NCBI GenBank assembly: GCA_002269645.1
Contig: NIVC01005118.1
Coordinates: forward strand, 1 to 25,706
Origin: Macrostomum lignano
Lineage: Eukaryota
Length of the DNA stretch: 25,706 bases
Reading direction: 5' to 3'
Part shown: positions 1-9,000 of the stretch, in pieces
Position numbering within the stretch: the stretch's first letter is position 1
Layout of the letters: every line of letters begins with the position of its first letter
Notes under the pieces: model-generated
Told to the model about the DNA's origin: nothing
The model's database searches: none
Seen by the model: the letters and a program-made list of their open reading frames with translations, nothing else
Translations under genes and position numbers: made by a program

Positions 1-381
1 TCTTCATCTTAGACTTCACCTTATCATTTTTAAAATAGGATTCCAATTGGCATTACTCCCCTGAGCAGGTGCACAAGCGCGCCGATATGTGCGCAGTCAT
101 ACGCACAGGCACACACACACAGGAGTGTACAGCGGTCCTAACTTTATTTATCCTTGCGGTTGGCCCTCAAGCTGGGCGTTACTTGCACGGGCAGAGCCAA
201 GCCCAGATTCCAAATTAGCTCCAAATTAATGTGACTGCACTTGGAATCGAGTCAAATCACACCAGAGCGCCGCGCTGGACCACTAGGCTACGGCCCCTCA
301 CCACTTCAGGGACCAATTCATCGCCCCATCAGCTCCCAAACAAACCCTACCTAATCATAAAAATCAAAAATGGCACCTTAG

Positions 382-825
382 GTCGAGCCCGACCTCTTCC
401 TGGTGGAGTTCCCTGCCGACGAGCCAGACGAAGGCAAGCCGCAGCACCAGGAGACCCGCATCAGCGACATCGTCAGCCTAGACGACGCTCTCCGACACTC
501 GATCGCTCCCGGCGATGCGGTGCTGCTGCCGCCGTCGCCGGGCTCAAGCGAGCCGGCCAAATTCCAGCTGGGCATCGTGCGGAGCGGCCACGAAGCGCGC
601 GACTTCGCCTCAGCCGGCGCCGACGTCACGCCGTTAATCGTCGCTGTGACAACCGCTGGCGAGGAAGCCGAAGTAGAAGCTGCCGCTGGCGAGGCCGTAT
701 GGATTCCACGCCAGCTGTACGACTCGCTTCTAGCTGAGAAAGTGGACTCTGACGATTCTGCCAACTCGAAGCAGGCTGAAGTACCACTGAGGACATCCTG
801 CCCAACTGTTATCCTGTATCCGCCA
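382..825 (+). CDS. Internal exon (phase 0/0) of a DUF4537 (C11orf16/VWA3B C-terminal)-like protein; gene starts upstream of the window
   Basis: Acceptor ccttag|GTC at 381/382 and donor CCA|gtgagt at 825/826; 444 nt open. FLVEF...DIVSLDDALRHSIAPGDAVLLP...FQLGIVRSGHEARD...AVWIPRQLYD resembles the DUF4537 pattern (GDxVL...G.V..G.E.R...WI...Y) as recalled. Confidence 0.6.
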
Positions 826-925
826 GTGAGTTCCAGCGTTATTTTGTTTCATTTTAGAGATTTTTAGCGACCTGGCAGCGTGTCTTGTCGGTATTGACAC
901 TCGACTAGTTCAACATCGCTGACAG

Positions 926-1735
926 CCAAGTTTACCGCATCTGACACCAAGTTCACCGCATATCTGACACCAAGTTCACCGCATCTGACACCAAGTTCAC
1001 CGCATCTGACACCAAGTTTACCTCATCTGACACCACGTTTACCTTATCTGACTCCAAGTTTAGCCCATCTGACACCAAGTTTAGCCCATCTGACACCAAG
1101 TTTAGCGCATCTGACACCAAGTTTAGCCCATCTGACACCAAGTTTAGCCCATCTGACACCAAGTTTAGCCCATCTGACACCAAGTTTACCGCATCTGACA
1201 CCAAGTTTAGCCCATCTGACACCAAGTTTAGCCCATCTGACACCAAGTTTAGCCCATCTGACACCAAGTTTAGCCCATCTGACACCAAGTTTAGCCCATC
1301 TGACACCAAGTTTAGCCCATCTGACACCAAGTTTAGCGCATCTGACACCAAATTCACCGCATCTGCCACCCAAGTTTACCGCATCTGCCAACCAAGTTTA
1401 CCGCATCTGACACCAAGTTTAGCCCATCTGACACCAAGTTTACCGCATCTGCCACCCAAGTTTACCGCATCTGCCACCCAAGTTTACCGCATCTGCCACC
1501 CAAGTTTACCGCATCTGCCACCCAAGTTTAGCCCATCTGACACCAAGTTTAGCCCATCTGACACCAAGTTTAGCCCATCTGACACCAAGTTTACCGCATC
1601 TGACACCAAGTTTAGCTCATCTGACACCAAGTTTACCGCATCTGACACCCAAGTTCACCGCATCTGACACCAAGTTTAGCTCATCTGACACCAAGTTTAC
1701 CGCATCTGACACAAAGTTTACCGCATCTGACACCC
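926..1735. repeat. Intronic 21-bp minisatellite (CCAAGTTTAGCCCATCTGACA), roughly 38 copies
   Basis: Directly visible tandem array with TTTAGCC/TTTACCG/TTCACCG variants and occasional 22-bp GCCACCC units; lies within intron 826-1846. Confidence 0.95.
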
Positions 1736-1846
1736 AGTTAACACCTTCGACAGCAAGTTTAGCGCCTTAAAAGCCAACACGCCGCCATTAAGTTTACACT
1801 CGAATAATAAAACTATCTATCTTCCCCCGTCTGACAACTCCCGCAG

Positions 1847-2655
1847 GGCCTGATGTACGTTTATCCCACAGCGTCACTCGCGGCACCTTTATTGTTGAAC
1901 AGCGGCTCCGGCAGGGAGTTCCCGATTCGCAGTCACCCGGCGCCGCCGCTATACTCTCGCCCGCTGCACCCAGTTGTCCCGGCCTCAGCCTCCGCTCCGC
2001 CACCGCCCGTCGATGAAACAGCGGCGGAAGCGCCGACATCGACGCCCGTGGACGCTCCCACGTCAGTTCCAGATGCTCCGGCCGCCGCCGCCGCCGCGGC
2101 CGCTGAACCCGACAACGAGGAGAAGGCGAGGAAGGAGGCTGCGGATGAAGAGGCCGAGCTACTCGCACTTGACCGCGAGCTGGCCGCCGCTTTGGCCACC
2201 AGCGACATCGGAGTCGCAACTGTCCAGCCGTTGACGATAAACGTCGGAAGAAACCGACAATGCGGCGTCGACAACGGCCGCCCTGGCGCTACTGGGGCGC
2301 CGGCGGCGTCGGCTGTGGCATCAACAGCAGCAGCGGAATGCCCGACGTGATCGATCTGCACCCAACTGACCCTCACGTCAACTGGGGCCGATGCGACGTT
2401 CTCGAGCATCGGCTGAACCCGGCCGACAAGGCGAAGCCTCGACTGCGACCGACTCGCCGCGCAGGCTGCTGGATCCGCGCCTGTACGACCGGTTCGGCGA
2501 CCGGCCGACCATCGATGACTCGCGAGCAGGCGGCTGCGTCGGCGTCAGCAGTGAGACAGCAGCGGCGATGGACTGCTGGCCGGGGCGGCTTTGACGACGC
2601 TGAGGCGACCGACGCCATACTGGCAGCTCGGTCCAGGCATCTGGTGGACGCACAG
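1847..2655 (+). CDS. Exon of the DUF4537-like gene (Pro/Ala-rich linker, acidic helix, RRRQRPPWRYW motif); one apparent 1-nt deletion around 2175-2230
   Basis: Acceptor cccgcag|GGC at 1846/1847 is in frame with ORF 1853; donor CAG|gtgag at 2655/2656 is in frame with ORF 2260. Length 809 nt is one base short of phase 0/0. Confidence 0.65.
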
Positions 2656-2670
2656 GTGAGGACAGCCAGG

Positions 2671-2912
2671 GGTCATAGAGTGACTAGGTCATAGAGTGAC
2701 TAGGTCACATAGTGACTAGGTCACAGAGTGAATAGGTCATAGAGTGAATAGGTCATAGAGGGAATAGGTCATGGAGTGAATAGGTCATAGAGTGAATAGG
2801 TCATAGAGTGAATAGGTCATAGAGTGAATAGGTCATAGAGTGAATAGGTCACAGAGTGACTAGGGACCACAAAGTGACTAGGGGGTCACAGAGTGACTCG
2901 GGGTCACAGAGT
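2671..2912. repeat. Intronic 16-bp minisatellite (GGTCATAGAGTGAATA / GGTCATAGAGTGACTA), about 15 copies
   Basis: Directly visible tandem array filling intron 2656-2937. Confidence 0.95.
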
Positions 2913-2937
2913 TACGCTTGAAACTCATCCTCCCCAG

Positions 2938-3259
2938 GTTCAGCACGAGCTGCACCGTCTGGACCGTCAGGAGAGGTCGGCAGCAGCGGCGGCCAGTCTG
3001 GAGTCGGCAATCAAAGCGCAGCTGCAGCGCGAGGCCCTGGCAGAGGCGCAGGGCTACAGGCTGGCAGTTCAGGAGGAGCTGCGGCGCGGCAGGTCCGGTG
3101 GCTGCCGATTCGATGATCGGATTGGCCATTTCAAGGGCGCCTTCCCGGCAGTCAAGATGTCGGAGGCCGCGAGCGGGTGTGGCAGTCCAGATCTGCAGGT
3201 GGAGTCGCGGCCGAAGATGCCCAGCATTCACGTCTGGTAGAAAATTCCACTGCTCAGAG
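2938..3259 (+). CDS. Coiled-coil exon of the DUF4537-like gene; apparent 1-nt deletion between about 3117 and 3170
   Basis: Acceptor ctccccag|GTT at 2937/2938 and donor AG|gtgagg at 3259/3260. Reads VQHELHRLDRQERS...KMSEA; adding one C at ggccgc gives ...RERVWQSRSAGGVAAEDAQHSRLVENSTAQR, which matches the phase of the next exon. Confidence 0.6.
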
Positions 3260-3350
3260 GTGAGGAACCGCGAGATTTTCGTGATTGAGTTTGAGAAATC
3301 ATTTTCATGATTGAGTTAGAAGAATCATTCTGAAACCGCTCTGTCCGCAG

Positions 3351-3498
3351 GACGGTGGCTCACTGGCTCCGCTACCAGGACCTGATGGACCCTCAGCAGG
3401 CCGCCGCCTCCGCCCAGACCATGGCTGCCAGACATCGGGACTGCCACTCGGCGCTGGAGTCTCAACGACTGTTGCGTCAGAGGCAAGAAGCAATTTGA
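3351..3498 (+). CDS. Terminal coding exon of the DUF4537-like gene (not in the ORF track)
   Basis: Acceptor ctgtccgcag|G at 3350/3351; reads TVAHWLRYQDLMDPQQAAASAQTMAARHRDCHSALESQRLLRQRQEAI-TGA(3496-3498), followed by AT-rich UTR-like sequence. Confidence 0.65.
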
Positions 3499-4030
3499 CG
3501 TTTTTGTTGCGTGATTTAATTTATACTACTGACTACTTCTACTTCTCGTATTTAAGTAGTGTAAATTTAAAATGTGAATTTTGCTTTCTCTGGCTTTCAA
3601 AGTTTAAATTAGGTAGAATCTCTTAACAAGTTGATTTCCAATTTTCTAAAATTTCCCTATGGCGTCTTCGATGCTAAATGCGCTCCATTTATGTAGCTGA
3701 ATATATTTTACGAGCGTATTGTATTTAGTAGCCCCTTTCTATGATGCCGTCTGCTTCAATTGGTAGATTTGCCTATCTATTTATGCATCTAGATATTTTA
3801 GTAGAATCATAGACAGTAGAGTGTGCATATGCATATGATGCTACTAGTACAGGACCACTGCTCACCGGCTTACAATCAAATGTTTTTATATACATTAATA
3901 AAAATCACGCCTTCAGTTTACTTAAACAGAGAATTTCTATTTTAGCTGTTAAAAATTTTGCAACTAATGCGCTGTTTCGACTTAATACTGATCTGAATTT
4001 TTAATTTAACCCCAATATTGTAGTCCAGGC

Positions 4031-5030
4031 GCCACAGGCCACACCCCAACACCCACCCCTCCTCTCTATCCTTCAGTTCAGCCCCACAGGCCACACCCCA
4101 ACACCCACCCTCCTCTCTATCCTTCAGTTCAGCCCCACAGGCCACACCCCAACACCCACCCCTCCTCTCTATCCTTCAGTTCAGCCCCCACAGGCCACAC
4201 CCCAACACCCACCCCTCCTCTCTATCCTTCAGTTCAGCCCCCACAGGCCACACCCCAACACCCACCCCTCCTCTCTATCCTTCAGTTCAGCCCCCACAGG
4301 CCACACCCCAACACCCACCCCTCCTCTCTGTCCTTCAGTCCAGCTCCCGCAGGCCACACCCCAACACCCACCCCTCCTCTCTATCCTTCAGTTCAGCCCC
4401 ACAGGCCACACCCCAACACCCACCCCTCCTCTCTATCCTTCAGTTCAGCCCCCACAGGCCACACCCCAACACCCACCCCTCCTCTCTATCCTTCAGTTCA
4501 GCCCCCACAGGCCACACCCCAACACCCACCCTCCTCTCTATCCTTCAGTTCAGCCCCCACAGGCCACACCCCAACACCCACCCCTCCTCTCTGTCCTTCA
4601 GTCCAGCTCCCGCAGGCCACACCCAACACCCACCCCTCCTTTCTATCCTTCATTTCAGCCCCACAGGCCACACCCAACACCCACTTCTTCTGTCTATCCT
4701 TCAGTCCAGCCCCCGCGGGCCACACTCAACACTCATCCCTCCTCTCTATCCTTCATTTCAGCCCCCACAGGCCACACCCAACACCCACCCCTCCTCTCTA
4801 TCCTTCAGTTCATCCCCCACAGGCCACACCCAACACCCACCCCTCCTCTCTATCTTTCAGTTCAGCCCCCACAGGCCACACCCCAACACCCACCCCTCCT
4901 CTCTGTCCTTCAGTCCAGCTCCCGCAGGCCACACCCAACACCCACCCCTCCTCTCTATCCTTCAGTCCAGCTCCACAGGCCGCACCCACAGGCAACACCC
5001 ACCCTCTGTCTTTCCTTTAGTCCAGCCCTC
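4031..5030. repeat. C-rich ~52-53-bp minisatellite (CAGTTCAGCCCCCACAGGCCACACCCCAACACCCACCCCTCCTCTCTATCCTT), about 19 copies, between two convergent genes
   Basis: Directly visible; copies differ mostly in C-run length, plus a recurring TGTCCTTCAGTCCAGCTCCCGC variant. Confidence 0.95.
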
Positions 5031-5354
5031 TGAAGCTAAAAAAAGTTAAACACAAAATTTAAGTACGCTCAAAATTTTTATATCTTTAAAGAGTCGGACA
5101 TTTTCGCTTTTCTATTTTTTAGGCTTCGAAAAAAGCTTAAAACTAGTGTTGTCAAACTCGATAGATTAAATTTACTACTAAAGACTAGATTTTGAATTAA
5201 TTTTACCAAAAACGTCGAATATTTACGGAATATTCCTTCGCACAATAGATTCATTGTACAGAACCTTACAATCAATAGTAAAGCCGTGTGGCATCTGAAG
5301 CTACAAATTCAAAGTACTTCAGATTAAATCTCATTCGAGCGATTCCAGCTGCCT

Positions 5355-5465
5355 CTACGTAGCCGCTTGATCAGCCGATCCGCTGACGGAGTGAGCAGTT
5401 CTCGACATCATGACCGTGTTGGCGTCTGCCACGCGGTTGTTGCGGTCTCTCACTAGGGCGACAAT
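5355..5465 (-). CDS. GPCR exon 14 (short C-tail and stop)
   Basis: gatttgcag|IVALVRDRNNRVADANTVMMSRTAHSVSGSADQAAT-TAG; 111 nt. Confidence 0.8.
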   Translation of the reverse strand: MVALVRDRNNRVADANTVMMSRTAHSVSGSADQAAT

Positions 5466-5582
5466 CTGCAAATCGAATTTGATAGTGCTGCTTTTAGAGC
5501 CTAATAACTGGCTTAGATAGCAAGTTAGTTTACTAATTAGGTTTTTAGTTATTTAGTTAGCTAGTTAATTTGTTAGTTAGTC

Positions 5583-5629
<47 letters not shown>

Positions 5630-5712
5630 CAGTTAGTTAGTTAGTTAGATAGTTAGTTAGTTAGTTAGTTAGTTAATTTGTTAGTTAGACAGTTAGTTAG
5701 TTAGTTAGTCAA

Positions 5713-5805
<93 letters not shown>

Positions 5806-5862
5806 CAGTTAGTTAGTTAGTCAGTTAGTTAGTTAGTCAGTTAGTTAGTTAGTTAGTTAGTC

Positions 5863-5899
<37 letters not shown>

Positions 5900-5936
5900 A
5901 TTTGTTAGTTAGACAGTTAGTTAGTTAGTTAGTCAA

Positions 5937-5977
<41 letters not shown>

Positions 5978-6002
5978 CAGTTAGTTAGTTAGTTAGTTAG
6001 TC

Positions 6003-6045
<43 letters not shown>

Positions 6046-9000
6046 CAGTTATTTAGTCAGTTAATTAGTTAGTTAGTTTATTAAACTTGTGCCAAAGTCA
6101 TAAAAAGTATAGTCGCTTCGACCATAACAACAATCTATACCATCGAACGGTGGTACCTTAAAATTGCTTCACCCCAACGCTTCAAAGGGCCGGACTGGTC
6201 CTCAATGGGAAACTGAGCACCATTCCACAAGGCCATCCAACAACATGTTTAATAAGGCTCACCTTCCCCCCGAACACTAGCAGCACGGTGGTAGTTGAGC
6301 AGATGATGATGCAAGAGCTCAACAAAAGGTGACGCAGGTACACAGCGCTATTCGGCAGGGCGAAGTCCAGCACCACTCCGATCAGCCCCATCACCATGGT
6401 GTTGTACACGCAAACTCCAATTGTCTTCGAGTCGTTCAGCACTTCAACATGAACAGTTCGAGTCTCCCAGGCGAAAAATATGCCGAATAGAAGGAAAATC
6501 GCTGCAATTTATCAGAAATTGTTTGAATCACATTTAAATCATTTTGTCAATGATTTACTACTAACAACGAGTCTTAGGAGTAGTGCACGAGGAAGTTTGC
6601 AATGGAAAAACCTGTTTAGTACCTACAAAGAGGAACTCCATTTAGTTCAGGTTGATTTGACGATGCCCGCCTGGGTTCTGCAGACTGTTCCATCATTTCA
6701 GCACCTTCAATGCTTCAATCGAATCTTTCTTCAGTGTACTAAAAACTTTTGATTCTATAAGAGAACTGAGCCCGACCCACCCACCATCCAGTACCTTTCA
6801 TCCCAATAATGATGCCCTTCCAAAGCCAGTTGTTGTTGCAGCGACAGACCGTTAGAGTCTGCTGTATCAGAGTGCCGTCAGACACCACTTCCTGATGGAA
6901 AGGCGAGTTTTGTTACGTTAAGTTTTGAAAGTATATTGATTGAAACAGCTGTGAGAATTTACTATCAATGTGTTTACCACCTTACCTGGTCTTTCAGCTG
7001 CAAAACCAGCAGTTTGTACGGGTCAGCAACTCCCCAGGCAGTCAGTATCACAGCGTCCAGCAGAATTATTACCAGAATCACAATGAACAGATGCCAGTCT
7101 TTGATAGCCTGCGAGAGTTTCGATGAAAACCTTAGTTATTCAACAACACTGAAATCAACTGAAAAAATTTCCATCAACTCCACTTCTGCCACCTCTGCTT
7201 CTACAAACTCAACTTATACAAACTCAACTTATACAATCGCAACTTCTACCATCTCTGCTTCTACCACCTCTGCTTCTACAAACTCAACTTATACAATCTC
7301 AACTTATACAATCGCAACTTCTACCATCTCTGGTTCTACCATCTCTGCTTCTACCACCTCTGCTTCTACCACCTCTGCTTCTACCATCTCTGCTTCTACC
7401 ACCTCGTTTTCTGCCATCCGACTGTCTCCTTACCAGTTTGCGCAATTGCTTGTTAGTAAAGATGCGATGCACTCGCCAGGTTTTGGCCAGCATTCCGCCA
7501 AATGCGCAAGAATAGCCACAGACTAGAAACACCAGCTGCAGCCAGCACAGGCTCAGTAGCGTCTCGTCAACGTGAGCGTTCACAGTCATAGCTAGACAGG
7601 CACCGTAGCATAGCAGACAGCCGAGACCAATAATTGTATTCACGTAGGGACTGCTCAGGCGAATGAGTGCGACTTTTCTATACAGGAGGTTCACGATCAT
7701 GGCCGCAATGGCTAGGCAAGCGCCTAGGCCAGACAGAACCCCGGTAATGTAGGCAACCGGAAGGCTGACACGAGACAGTTGAGTGACTAGACGGGGTGAG
7801 TCTACCGGAGCTGAACCACCTGATGAAGTGGTTAGTGAAATTGTTAACATTACCTATGTATCACTAGAGCTGCGACCACCCAGGCATAACATCTTTGCGG
7901 CGAATTCATCATCTGACTCCTGAGAGCATACAAGCGCCCATGCAAAAGCAAGATAGGCAAGACTTAGGGTACCTCGGATATTCTTTAAGTACTAAATCGA
8001 GATCGGTATGAGCTCCTAGAATTGCTCAAAAGCATGACGCAAACAGAGACGATCCCAAGTAAGCTACGGTGGTCGTATCCTTTTTTTCAAGTACAATCAC
8101 ATTAGCAAAGCCTTTAATGTTGAAACAAAGGTTACGTTGAAAAAAAAGACATTTCCTTTGTGCTCGGTTATTCAGTCGATCTGTGCATGTTAATGGTTAA
8201 AGCTGTTTTATTCTCCACAGTTACTGACAGGTGTGCTTCAAATCACACATGCTTCTGTAGGCCTATCAAGGTATGTCAATCTTCAATGCTATCAAGTGCT
8301 TAGGCTTTGAAATGTGCATTTTGTTCCCAAGGGTGAATAGTTTGACCAACGCTTTGTTGTTGAATGGCAATAATGGACGATGTCCATCAAAAAGTGAATT
8401 AGAGTGCTGGGCTGTTTTTGACGTTGGAGTAGAAAATCATTGACTTAGAGAACTGACTATCTACTCAAGTTCACTCATACTACTCAAATCTAAAGGTATC
8501 GTGCGACACTGGGAACAAAGAGACAGAAGTAGATAACTAAGCAAAATTGTTCAATATTTTAAGGTTCAGAAAGGTAAGATGCCAAAAAATTCAAATTAGA
8601 TTGGATATTTTAACAGCGAAAGTGAATTTGATCGTTGCAGATGCAGACTTGATGCTGTCATTCATTGTTTCTAATGAGAATTCCTAATGGATTTTTGTAT
8701 TGATTGGAATATTGATTGGTTTTATTTGAGCTCTGCTGGCATACGGGTTACGCGCAGATTTTAATGGAATATTGTCCATTTATTAATTTAGAAAAGCCAT
8801 ATCTATATATTTAACTCCATCTAGGAGTAAAATGAAAATGATCATTATTTTCGTTTTATTTATGCTAAGCAGCGAAACTGAGTAGTGACTATATCTCTCA
8901 AAAGAGCTATGAAAATCACTTTCTTAGCTACACATTGTATTGTCTCACCTGCAAACCAAAAGGATTTCTGCCAATCAGTGGCACCTGTCGTTGGCTCATA

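Noticed and set aside
953-1391. ORFs 953-1369 and 1044-1391 (LNLVSDG and AKLGVRW repeats) as genes
   Set aside because: They are products of the 21-bp minisatellite inside an intron.
378-3231. Minus-strand GC-rich ORFs (378-764, 1794-2219, 1933-2409, 2373-2653, 2878-3231)
   Set aside because: They are antisense shadows of GC-rich exons; the splice signals support only the + strand.
3942-4998. Minus-strand ORFs with ACGAELKDREEG repeats
   Set aside because: They derive from the 53-bp array, with frames broken by variable C runs.
5553-6077. Interstitial telomere
   Set aside because: The unit is TTAG, not TTAGG or TTAGGG; it is treated as a microsatellite.
6936-7526. Ser/Thr-rich mucin-like + strand ORF
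   Set aside because: It overlaps GPCR exons 10 and 11 in antisense, and the S/T tract comes from an intronic 15-bp repeat.
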